64,000 nt of DNA from an uncultured Polyangiaceae bacterium (GTDB taxonomy: Bacteria; Desulfobacterota; Binatia; UTPRO1). The first letter of the stretch is position 1; each line of letters begins with the position of its first letter. Below are positions 27,873-36,699 of this stretch, one piece after another. Below the pieces are notes generated by a model that worked only from the letters and a program-made list of their open reading frames with translations, was not told the origin of the DNA and did no database searches. The stretch spans positions 943-64,942 of the forward strand of contig CAZWAX010000001.1 of assembly GCA_964631985.1 (NCBI GenBank). Direction: 5' to 3'. Made by a program: the position numbers and the translations under genes.

Positions 27873-29657
27873 TCAGATATCGGCGTAGCCACCCGAGTCT
27901 ATCCACGCTCGGTTCCATGCAATGCGCCATTTGCCTGAAATCTCGACCGTCGATGCCATGATGTCGGGCGACTTGATTCGACGATTGCGCTGCAGTTGAA
28001 CTGTACACACCAGTTGCGGACCCAGTCCGAAACTGCCGAGACGGCGTCTGCGAAAGTCGCGATTGAAGATGGCCACTCGCGCGTAACCGAGCGGTAGGTA
28101 GCGTGCGAGGCTAAAAAGCGGTTGTTCGGCACGAGCCGCACGCATGGCCGCCCTCACGATCCGCTGCCGGTTGGATTGGATCACCGTTGCTGCATTGGCC
28201 GAGTCGAGACCCTCAACGACGACTGCACCCGTCACGACACAGCCCCATGAATTGCGATGCATCTTGGCGTCGCGAGCCGCGATCGTGGCCCGGCCTAGCG
28301 TCTGACTCAGCTGCCTGCGCCCAATCTGCCAGTGCAAGCGAAAACTCTGTACAACCGTGTCGAGCATTCCGAACACCCGGGGCATTGAGGGCATTGGACG
28401 GTAGAAGAACCCGTTTTGTTCGAGAGCCATCGCGAAATCGGGAGCTCTCGTCCCACCGGACTCCCGCGCCTGCCTCAGGCGGCCACCATCGAACGCCGCC
28501 CAGCCTGGCCAGCCCTTTGAGGTCCGTAGGGAAAGGAAGTAGCGGTCAAAACCAGGGGCCAGGCTCTCAGCGAGAGCGGCAGACTGCACGGAAGCCCAAT
28601 GCACCTTGAGCACGTCCCGAGATTCCGGACGGGCGTACACGAGGAGTTGCCTCCCGCTTGATAGTTCGGACTCCAAGCAACCATCGATGGTCCACCACGG
28701 AGACCGGGACTCCTCCATCAATTCTTCGACGAGCAATTCGTGCGGCGTTCGATACCCGAACGAGCTAACAGTCAGCAGGAAGAGCTTCACGGCCGATGCG
28801 ATCGCGTTGCACGAATCAACCATGTCGTCGCAGAGTCGCACAACAGACCGCACATCTAGAGTCTCGGAGTTGCCCTTCTTGTCGCGATATCTGATTTCAG
28901 ACTGCAGGTACGTGATGCCCCCGTGGCCGATCCCGTTCCGAACCGTGTGGCGGTACGCGGAGACGCACGGAGCCAGCGGAGTATTTTTCAGCTCTTCGAC
29001 GACGTTGAATACGTCGAGGCCGTCAGCTTGCTTTCCGCGATCGAGCCTTGAGAAGTGCGCCATGGGCCGCAGAAGAGTCCCGAAGACCCCCTCCACGAGA
29101 CGCAGGTACGTCGGGTGCAGCACCCTATCGATAAGGCCCACTGTCTGGAAGTCGTCACTCTTCTCTAATGGCCGATCGTGCCACGCTTCTGAGTTGATCT
29201 GACGCAGGAAGAGCATTGCCGCGCTTACTTCCGTACCGGAATCAACGAAGTACTGCTGCAGGCCCTTCCGATCAGTAGCATCACGATGCTGTAGCCAGTC
29301 GAAGACGAGGGCATGTACCCGTCGGTCGAAGAATCGTTCGGGGCAATTGAGCAGATAGGGCCTCAGCGCGAGGCACGGTGCCGAGGGATATGACGCAAGA
29401 TGGGGGAACAGGCCCAGGAGACGGAACCGATCATCGGCGTCTTTGGCCGCGGTGAGCGGATTCTTTAGCGCTTCAGTCGTCAAGCGGGCGTTCGATGGAA
29501 AGCACTGCGAGTGCACTGGGCGACGAGACGTGGATCTCCAGCCCGAACCCCAGGGTAGGCAGCAACTGTGGCGAGGCGACGACATGACGTGCTTTCGAGC
29601 GGCCTGTCGGGAAGCTCGCTGCGTGATTTGCCGACAACTGTACGCGGCGCATGTCAA
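27873..29657 (-). CDS. Hypothetical 594-aa protein with a HEPN-like Rx4H motif (VRNGIGHGG); second gene of a coupled pair
   Basis: ATG overlaps the stop of the upstream gene (ATGA at 29654-29657). A/T-richer codon usage than the flanks. No other recognisable domain, no P-loop. Confidence 0.6.
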   Translation of the reverse strand: MTCAAYSCRQITQRASRQAARKHVMSSPRHSCCLPWGSGWRSTSRRPVHSQCFPSNARLTTEALKNPLTAAKDADDRFRLLGLFPHLASYPSAPCLALRPYLLNCPERFFDRRVHALVFDWLQHRDATDRKGLQQYFVDSGTEVSAAMLFLRQINSEAWHDRPLEKSDDFQTVGLIDRVLHPTYLRLVEGVFGTLLRPMAHFSRLDRGKQADGLDVFNVVEELKNTPLAPCVSAYRHTVRNGIGHGGITYLQSEIRYRDKKGNSETLDVRSVVRLCDDMVDSCNAIASAVKLFLLTVSSFGYRTPHELLVEELMEESRSPWWTIDGCLESELSSGRQLLVYARPESRDVLKVHWASVQSAALAESLAPGFDRYFLSLRTSKGWPGWAAFDGGRLRQARESGGTRAPDFAMALEQNGFFYRPMPSMPRVFGMLDTVVQSFRLHWQIGRRQLSQTLGRATIAARDAKMHRNSWGCVVTGAVVVEGLDSANAATVIQSNRQRIVRAAMRAARAEQPLFSLARYLPLGYARVAIFNRDFRRRRLGSFGLGPQLVCTVQLQRNRRIKSPDIMASTVEISGKWRIAWNRAWIDSGGYADI

Positions 29658-30649
29658 TCGCGCACAATCAAGCGAACGGATGGATCGAGCTTCTGAAGAG
29701 ATGCTTCGAGGTCTGCGTACATTGCCCTGACCTCGTCCTGGATGAGAATGGTGTTGCCGGGAGCGTCGGCGTACACGACGATGACTTTCGGCGCATATGG
29801 CCTTCCCTCGTCGCGCTCGAACGCTAGCATCTGCTCGAGAGCCCCAGGCAATCGCGTTGCGAGCGTCCGACGGTACCGCGGAAGGTCGCCCTCAAGAAAT
29901 TTGCCGATGAGAGCTGGCCGACTGGAAGCATCAACAAAGCCGAAAGCGTCGGAAGGCTCGATCTCGATGCGGAGTCTGTAGGATCCCTTGATGTCGCTAA
30001 AGTCGACGGTGGCCGATGTGCCTCCCGAGTTGAGGGCTTCTTCCACGTCAAGGAGAAGCAGCCTGACCGCGTTCGCACCTACCCAGTCGTTCTCGTCGAA
30101 GCGTCGTAGTTCGGGGGCTTCAGTGAGCACGCAGCAAGAACTGCAGAAAAGGGCCGGCTTCGTCACAGCGAGGATCTCAATGTTTTCTCGGATTACCTCA
30201 CTGGCGTCTTGATGGGCGCTCAGGGACTTTACCTCGGCGAGTCCGATTCCTTGCGGCGCCTCAATCTGAAAGTCTGGTCTCTTCCTCTTTTTCTGAGGGG
30301 GAAGGGCAATAGCACTCGAGATTCCGATCTCGTCGCGTAGATGTCTGACGGCGCGGACCTCTGCCAACCACGTACGAATTCGAGCGTCGAACTCGCGCCC
30401 TTGATCGGCGGTCAGGTCAGCAACCAACTCATCCCAGTTCCGGACAAGCTGCGAGGCGGCATCGAGGTTCGCTTCCAGCACGTCCACGCCTACGAACCCG
30501 AGCAGAAGCCTGCGAACAAGTAGATTTCGCAGTGGCGGTACGTTGGAGTCGGTGATTCGTTGCTTCAATGCGTGGCCGATGGTGGACTGAGCGATGGAGC
30601 CGAGCATCGCATGGACGCGAACGGAAAGTTCTTCGGGCGTCATCTCCAA
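29654..30649 (-). CDS. Hypothetical 331-aa protein with a possible PD-(D/E)xK-like motif (RPDFQIE...GLAEVK); first gene of a coupled pair
   Basis: ORF directly abuts the PrimPol remnant. Basic KKRKR patch then PD...EVK spacing typical of restriction-endonuclease-like folds. This rests on motifs only. Confidence 0.55.
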   Translation of the reverse strand: MEMTPEELSVRVHAMLGSIAQSTIGHALKQRITDSNVPPLRNLLVRRLLLGFVGVDVLEANLDAASQLVRNWDELVADLTADQGREFDARIRTWLAEVRAVRHLRDEIGISSAIALPPQKKRKRPDFQIEAPQGIGLAEVKSLSAHQDASEVIRENIEILAVTKPALFCSSCCVLTEAPELRRFDENDWVGANAVRLLLLDVEEALNSGGTSATVDFSDIKGSYRLRIEIEPSDAFGFVDASSRPALIGKFLEGDLPRYRRTLATRLPGALEQMLAFERDEGRPYAPKVIVVYADAPGNTILIQDEVRAMYADLEASLQKLDPSVRLIVRD

Positions 30650-31283
30650 CCAGTAGTAGTCGGAGCTGCGGCGCCTTGTCGATCGAGTTGATTCGCGAGC
30701 GCCGCCATCGGCTCGTCGAGGGCCGAGGCTGCTGCGCCTTCACGCTCGACGGCGACGAAGCACGGTCGAGGACATCGGGGGCCCACATCGACAACGTCGA
30801 TCCGGGTGTAAGGTAGGCGGTATGCGGGGGCTCGCGGTGATCGCTGGCCTCGGGCTTGGTCGGCTGTCGTATACGGCACGCTATTGGCCCTGATCGCGGA
30901 ACCAAGGGCGAGGCGCACGGGTGCCGACCGCCGCCGCCGGTCGCGACGGTGAATGTCGCGGGCAACGTCCCGTGCTCGGGCTCGAAGGCAGCGAGGCTCG
31001 CGTCACCGCCGTGAGGCGGGTCCACGTCGAGGACGAGGAACCCCTAGGTCGTGCCGGTCGAGGTGCCGATGCTCGCGTGCGGCCACTCCGCCCACCAGCC
31101 GCGAATCGTGGCGGCATTGGTGGCGGCCTTCGCCGGCCAGCCCTTGAGCCTGGGGTGCTTGCCGGCGTCCGCGCAAACCTGGCCCTTCCGGCAGCTGCAG
31201 GTGCCTGCCTCGGTGATCTCGCAGACCGGCAAGACGCGCCAACCGCGGGCGGCGTAGCCGAGTGCAACCTCCAACAGCTCCAT
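30650..31283 (-). pseudogene. Bifunctional DNA primase/polymerase (PrimPol, N-terminal domain) gene disrupted by an in-frame TAG and downstream frame loss
   Basis: MELLEVALGYAARGWRVLPVCE...KHPRLKGWPAKAATNAATIRGWWAEWPHASIGTSTGTT-TAG(31044-31046)-GFLVLDVDPPHGGDASLAAFEPEHGTLPATFTVATGGGGRH matches the PrimPol N-domain consensus. Only about 125 codons are recognisable. Confidence 0.55.
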
Positions 31284-31672
31284 GCGCCGAGTCCTTGCTG
31301 CGAAACTCGATGCCGGGCGCCGAGGGCTGCCATCCGCCTACCGTCCGAGGAGATGATCAGGCGCTTCGGTCAGCTCGGAAGCTCGGATGCAATGTTCGGC
31401 TGCGTCAGGCGCCCCAACCAACCGAACTTTGATCGACCCTACATCTGACGCCTTCGTAGCCGAAGGTCTGACCCGCACAACAACTTCATGATGGCAGCCG
31501 CAGTGACGGTCCCCGCCCTCAACGTTCCGGTTAAGTACGCGGACCCGCGCGTTGGTGGAGCTGTTGCGCGCGCGTGGTGCGCCGCGCCTCGGCCGCCGAT
31601 CATCGAGGGCTCGCTGCGATGCCGTCCACCGCGGCTTTTTGCGTAGAGGCCGGAGCACGGTAGGTAGCGGCC

Positions 31673-33034
31673 ATGAGCAGACGCACGCCGGGTGAACAGA
31701 TCGGGCCGTGGACCGTCGTCCGGGATATCGGACAAGGTGGCAACGGTGAAGTCTTCGAAGCGACCGCCGGGGACGGTGGCCGAGTCGCGCTGAAAGTCTT
31801 GAAGGCGATCAATCCAGCTGGGGAACCCTACGGCAGATTCTGCGATGAAGTAGCGATCATGACAAAGGTCGGACCGCACCCCGGGGTGCTCCCGCTCTTG
31901 GCTTCCTCGGTCCCACTTGAGCCCTCGCGAAAGAATCCGCCATGGCTTGCGACCCCAATCGCGGTTGCCATCCGTGACGCCATGACCGACCAGCCGGTCG
32001 AGGTGGTCGTGGAGGCAATCGCTAACGTCGCCGAGACGCTTGCCGATCTTCAAGCGAAGTTCGAGGCGTTCCATCGCGATATCAAGCCGCCGAATCTGTT
32101 CTCGTACGATGGCCGTTGGGTTGTTGGCGATTTTGGTCTGGCAGATTTTCCCCTGAACGCAGGGTTGACCCCGCAGAATCAGAAACTCGGGCCGGTGTTC
32201 TTCATCGCGCCCGAAATGTTGAGGGATGGCTCAGCTCCCAGCCCCACCGCGGATGTGTACTCGCTGGCCAAAACTCTTTGGGTACTAGCTACGGGGCAAA
32301 CCTACCCTCCTCAGGGCGAGCAGCGGATAGATGTCCCCGCGATGACCCTAGCCCACTTTATCGCTCACCCACGGGTGCGTACCCTGGACCGATTGGTCGA
32401 GCGCGCGACCCGGCACGATCCGACTGCGCGACCCTCAATGTCGGAGTTCGCGAGGGAGCTACGCGAATGGCTGAATCCAGTCGGGGCTGTTCCGTCACCG
32501 GGTGACGTGAGCCACCTTCGCGCGCGCTTCGAGGCTGCCGTTGAACCTGCGCGGCGCACCGCGGCCAGCGTTGAGGATTTGCAGGTGCAGGCAATGGAGA
32601 CCTTCAAAGAGATGCGCGTGGCAATGGCGCCTCTCTTGCGAACGGTCCAACAGGTTGTGCCAGCCGCATCGATGGATCCGCGGGACACGATAATTCTCGA
32701 GATTTGCGGGTACATCACTCCACTCAGCGAGCCGAAATTCATTTCGGCGAAGCATCTGACAATCATCGCCAGGCCGATTCCAGGCGATTCTTTCGCGCCC
32801 GTGTTGCGATGTGGCTTTGCACTGCAGCTGCGTCCCGACGGCAAGATGCACATTGGTGGTTCGGTTCTCGTTGGCGGACAAACCAAAGCCGATCAGCAAT
32901 GGAAGGGAATGTTTCGGGAGATGGTGTCAGTAGGGTCGCCGCGAGAACCCAACGCAGCAATGGAATGTGTGGCCGCGGTGCAAGCGGAGCTTCCGAGAGC
33001 CCTGGAAGCCCTTGTCCAAGCGTTGGAAAGGTAG
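31673..33034 (+). CDS. Hanks-type Ser/Thr protein kinase with an uncharacterised roughly 170-aa C-terminal domain
   Basis: GQGGNGEVFEA (Gly loop), VALKVLK (VAIK), HRDIKPPNL (catalytic loop), VGDFGLADF (DFG), APE. The C-terminal part has no recognisable motif. Confidence 0.8.
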   Translation: MSRRTPGEQIGPWTVVRDIGQGGNGEVFEATAGDGGRVALKVLKAINPAGEPYGRFCDEVAIMTKVGPHPGVLPLLASSVPLEPSRKNPPWLATPIAVAIRDAMTDQPVEVVVEAIANVAETLADLQAKFEAFHRDIKPPNLFSYDGRWVVGDFGLADFPLNAGLTPQNQKLGPVFFIAPEMLRDGSAPSPTADVYSLAKTLWVLATGQTYPPQGEQRIDVPAMTLAHFIAHPRVRTLDRLVERATRHDPTARPSMSEFARELREWLNPVGAVPSPGDVSHLRARFEAAVEPARRTAASVEDLQVQAMETFKEMRVAMAPLLRTVQQVVPAASMDPRDTIILEICGYITPLSEPKFISAKHLTIIARPIPGDSFAPVLRCGFALQLRPDGKMHIGGSVLVGGQTKADQQWKGMFREMVSVGSPREPNAAMECVAAVQAELPRALEALVQALER

Positions 33035-33197
33035 CTGCGCAGAGCATCGCTCCAACAGCGTGACGAGCAGCACTCGTCCGAGCAGGGGCCTCGCGCGCCA
33101 GCGCACGTGGCCAGCGTGACGGGTAAAACGCGGCACTGCGCCGCAACCATCTCTATCCCTGACGCCACGACGTGAGCAACACGCTGGGCGTCCGCAA

Positions 33198-34913
33198 CTA
33201 GGCGGAACGTTGCATCGCGGCACTGAAAATAACGGCGAAGATCTCCACGTCACCGTCGCAGCGGAACACCTGATCCTTGCCCGTGTCCTTCTCTACGACG
33301 ATGCCGTCGTCGTACCGCGTCGCGTTGATGACCTTCGAGTACGGAATGTTCGTCGTCTTCCGTGACCCGTCGAGGATCAGCCTCTTGCTGGTCACGTAGA
33401 GGGTGCCTTGGTCGATCTCGTGGAGGACGTCCTCTGTGACGCGGTTCACCGTCGCAGAGCCCACGCGGTAGGCGACGCCCTTCATGATCGGCACGCGCAC
33501 AGTCGGCCCCGCGTAGCGGACCGCGCGCGTGCGCGTTCGGAGTTCGTGGTGGACTGCGGGGATCGTCGCGTGGCATTGCTCGCCGCGCTGAAGCCGGATC
33601 GAAGGCGTGATCAGGGGCAGCTCGCCGTTCTCGATCCGCCACAGGAGGCGGAAGCGGTCCAGCGTGGCCGCCGTGGCGTTGTCGTGGGTCAGCGTCACGT
33701 TCAACTGCCGGGCGAGCGCTGAGAGTTGCGCGTCTTCGTCGGGTGACAGTCGGCGGTCGCTGGTCGCGTTGTCTAGGACTCTCTGAAACAGCGGACCGAT
33801 CGACTCCGCTCGAATCGCGTTCGCGAGCTGGTCGGACATTCGGAGCTTCGTGGCGAGGTCGATCAGGCGCGTCTGTTCGGCCTCGGTCAGTTCGCGGTCG
33901 TCCGCGGCCGCGGCGAAATGATGCTCGTAGATCGGCCGCGTGACGGCTTCGTGCGCGCCGCGCACGTCGTTGTCGTCGAGCCCGAGGAGGCCCTGCAGGT
34001 GGCGAAGGTCGGCGACCTCGTCGTCCGACAGCGCATCATCGCGGACGGCGTGTCGCAGCACGGTCGCGTAGACCTCGCAGCCCTCCGCGCGGAAGTCCTG
34101 CGGCCGGATGCGGTACTGACGCAGGACGTCGCTGACCACTTCCTCGGTGATGTCCGGGATCGCCGTCGTCGCGAGCAGGTTGCCGATCTCTACTACGGCG
34201 TTCGCGCGCGGGCGTCGTCGGAACAGTCGTGCGAAGAACCCGACCTTGCGGAGGGGTGTGAGCGAGAAGCCGTTCAGCCCCGTCGCGGCAGGGGGTGTCG
34301 GCGGCGGTGTGGCGATCGCCTTTGGGCGAGAAGGCGGCGCGTCCTGCGGCTGCGGGTCGTGCGACGGAGAGTCCGCAGCGGGCGGCTGCTGGGGCGGCTG
34401 ATCCAACAAGGCCGCGGCCGTGCGGTAGGCCAGCGTTTTGGTGCTGCCGAGCTGAACGCTGCCGCCGTCGCGCTGTCCGAAGCTGTGGAGGCCGCCGGCG
34501 TAGTTCGCCTCGTGGTAGCGCATGGACGCGACGACCTTTGGGTTGCTGCACATGGCCTCGGCGATGGCGCCGACCTGTGCCTCCGGCAAGCCGCTGTCAT
34601 TAGGATCGTTCCACACGCGCCCGTTTCGATGCCGGTGGACCTGATGGACGAAGTACGTCGCCATGAGGACCTCGTTCCCCGGCATCGCGAGCGTGCCTTC
34701 GACCCGCGCGAACACCTCGCGAGAAGGTCTGTCCGCAGAGTCGACGCCAAGCCGGGTAGCCCACCGCTCCAGCCAGGCGGGTGGCGGGTACTTCGCGCGC
34801 AGTGCTTTGCTGATGAGCGTCGACATCTCGGACATCGAGATGTCGTCCGAGAAACTGATGCCGAGGTCACGGGCGTAGCTTCTTTGTCGTTCTGAGGCCG
34901 ATTCTAGCGACAT
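33198..34913 (-). CDS. Hypothetical protein with a Pro-rich linker, TerB-like repeats and a C-terminal bacterial PH-like domain
   Basis: ATG at 34913; the longer track ORF uses TTG. Repeats ...LSDDEVADLRHLQGLLGLDDNDVR... and ...ELTEAEQTRLIDLATKLRMSDQLANAIRAES are TerB/DjlA-N-like. C-terminal YVTSKRLILDGSRKTTNIPYSKVINATRYDDGIVVEKDTGKDQVFRCDGDVEIFAVIFSAAM looks bPH/GRAM-like. Confidence 0.5.
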   Translation of the reverse strand: MSLESASERQRSYARDLGISFSDDISMSEMSTLISKALRAKYPPPAWLERWATRLGVDSADRPSREVFARVEGTLAMPGNEVLMATYFVHQVHRHRNGRVWNDPNDSGLPEAQVGAIAEAMCSNPKVVASMRYHEANYAGGLHSFGQRDGGSVQLGSTKTLAYRTAAALLDQPPQQPPAADSPSHDPQPQDAPPSRPKAIATPPPTPPAATGLNGFSLTPLRKVGFFARLFRRRPRANAVVEIGNLLATTAIPDITEEVVSDVLRQYRIRPQDFRAEGCEVYATVLRHAVRDDALSDDEVADLRHLQGLLGLDDNDVRGAHEAVTRPIYEHHFAAAADDRELTEAEQTRLIDLATKLRMSDQLANAIRAESIGPLFQRVLDNATSDRRLSPDEDAQLSALARQLNVTLTHDNATAATLDRFRLLWRIENGELPLITPSIRLQRGEQCHATIPAVHHELRTRTRAVRYAGPTVRVPIMKGVAYRVGSATVNRVTEDVLHEIDQGTLYVTSKRLILDGSRKTTNIPYSKVINATRYDDGIVVEKDTGKDQVFRCDGDVEIFAVIFSAAMQRSA

Positions 34914-35036
34914 GTTGCGTGCTCCCACCACACCGTGCGGCGCACGGTCAAGGCCCACCAGCGGCGACGACGCTGCCGGTTGCAAGGCGCCCCGGTCGGG
35001 CCTACACGCGCGGCACCACGAACGAAGGAGGACTTC

Positions 35037-35267
35037 ATGCAGCCCGCAACCGTCCGCGAGCAGCCAGGCCCCTACCAGTTCTTCATGATCGGCCTCTGCG
35101 TTTACGTCCTCGTGATCTTAGGCGCGACCACGTTGTTCGAGTTCAGTAGCCCGACGCGGAGCATCCTCGACTACATCGACAGCGGCATCTGCGTACTGTT
35201 CTTCGCCGACTTCTGCGTGAGCCTGGTACGCGCCCCGAGTCGCTGGCGGTACCTCATCCGACACTGA
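35037..35267 (+). pseudogene. N-terminal fragment (about 76 aa) of an ion-transport (voltage-gated-channel-like) membrane protein
   Basis: Strong RBS GAAGGAGGA before the ATG. MQPATVREQPGPYQFFMIGLCVYVLVILGATTLFEFSSPTRSILDYIDSGICVLFFADFC resembles the S1-S2 region of ion transport proteins, then stops. Confidence 0.4.
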
Positions 35268-35700
35268 CTTCTAGCGAAACGATGCGACCGCTACTGCGCT
35301 CAGTGCCGTTAGCGTCGCAAGCACGATCAAGCAGCCGGTCCCGGCGCGCGCTCTCTTGCCGATCCCATCAGTAACGGTTTCAGGGTCCGATTGGCGTTCG
35401 CGGTCATGTTCTCCTCTTTCCAGAGCTGCCATGCCGCGTGTCGATCAGAATCCTCTGCGTACCATTCATCGAGCCAATCGCTTACCGCCCTTCGGCCGTT
35501 CTGCGCGACGTGTTCATGTCCCCAGAACCGCAGGACCATGAGCTGCCGGCGGCTTACCGATGCCGCTGAGCTGAGGCCGTCAGACGAAGGCCAGATTGTA
35601 CCGCCCATTGGCTTTTGACCGTGTGGAGGAGGGCATCAGCAGTCTACACAAGTGCCGGTTTGCGTTGGTTCTTGAGGCGCGGAGTTCGATCGGCAGAGTC

Positions 35701-36699
35701 CTACCCCTTCTTCGTGATCCGAAGATAGCGGTCGAACACGGGGTCTCCTTCCTGAAGCACGGTGGGGGTCTTCGGCACTGCCTCAACCGGCAGATCCCAA
35801 ACGGCCTCACGGGCCTGGTCTTCGACGTGTATCGAGGCCGAGAAGAACAGGTGGCCGCTACTACCACTCGAGTACGCGCGCTCCATCGCCCGGCGCAGCA
35901 TCGAGAAGTCGATCTCGACACTGAACGGAAAGGCGTTCCTCAGAAGCGATACTGGCACCCGTACGCGAAGCCATTGCAGCCGCGCCGGACGCAACACAAA
36001 CCGCCGCAGGCGATGATGGCCGGCGAGGCGCGCAAAGTCGTTCTCCACGACCGTGCGAAGATAGCCGGCGAGAGGTTGCCCGGCGATTAGGTGCGCCGCG
36101 ATGCTGCACATCGCACTCGTGTACGCAGCCTGGTCCTCAGATGTCAGACTGAGCCTCTGGCGGTTCGTAGTAACCGTCATCGTACCGTTGTTGCTCATCA
36201 CCAAGCCGCCATTGTGGACTACCGCGCCCCGGTAGGGTGCGAAAACACGATAGAGTTCCCAGAAAGCGTGGCTTAAGTCGGGCCACGCCGAGAAGAGCGG
36301 AGGCTCCATCAGCGATCCGCGGTTGCGCAGATCGTTGTAGGCGTCCCGCTTGTCGCTAAAGCGCCACGGCGCTTCGCCGTTGGCGCGAAGAATCCACTCG
36401 ACGGTCAGGTCCTGAAGCTTGAAGGCGGTGCTGAACGCGAGCGGCCGGAAGCGTTCGAGCGCGTTGCGAACGGCGCCTGCTGAAAAGCTTTCCTCGAGTT
36501 GAAGAACAAGGTCTCCCCGAAACTCGCCCGACGTGTTCACGTCCCCAAGCGTGATAGTCATGCCTCCATCCGCCGCCTCGCTTTGCCGCCACAATGTCGC
36601 TCGCAGAAATTCAAGCGCATCGCGCTCGTAGGCAACCGAGTCTTCGAGATCGCTTGGGTTTCCAGTGAACCTGCTGGGGTGTGGCGGTATGCCACCCAT
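35701..36699 (-). CDS. Hypothetical 332-aa protein; last gene of the STAND-linked operon
   Basis: ATG overlaps the upstream stop (TGATG at 36697-36701). No recognisable domains. Confidence 0.55.
   Translation of the reverse strand: MGGIPPHPSRFTGNPSDLEDSVAYERDALEFLRATLWRQSEAADGGMTITLGDVNTSGEFRGDLVLQLEESFSAGAVRNALERFRPLAFSTAFKLQDLTVEWILRANGEAPWRFSDKRDAYNDLRNRGSLMEPPLFSAWPDLSHAFWELYRVFAPYRGAVVHNGGLVMSNNGTMTVTTNRQRLSLTSEDQAAYTSAMCSIAAHLIAGQPLAGYLRTVVENDFARLAGHHRLRRFVLRPARLQWLRVRVPVSLLRNAFPFSVEIDFSMLRRAMERAYSSGSSGHLFFSASIHVEDQAREAVWDLPVEAVPKTPTVLQEGDPVFDRYLRITKKG

Noticed and set aside
34985-34985. TTG start at 34985 for the TerB/PH-like gene, giving MQPAASS...
   Set aside because: No RBS, and the additional 24 residues are not signal-like. 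The ATG at 34913 is preferred, with low certainty.
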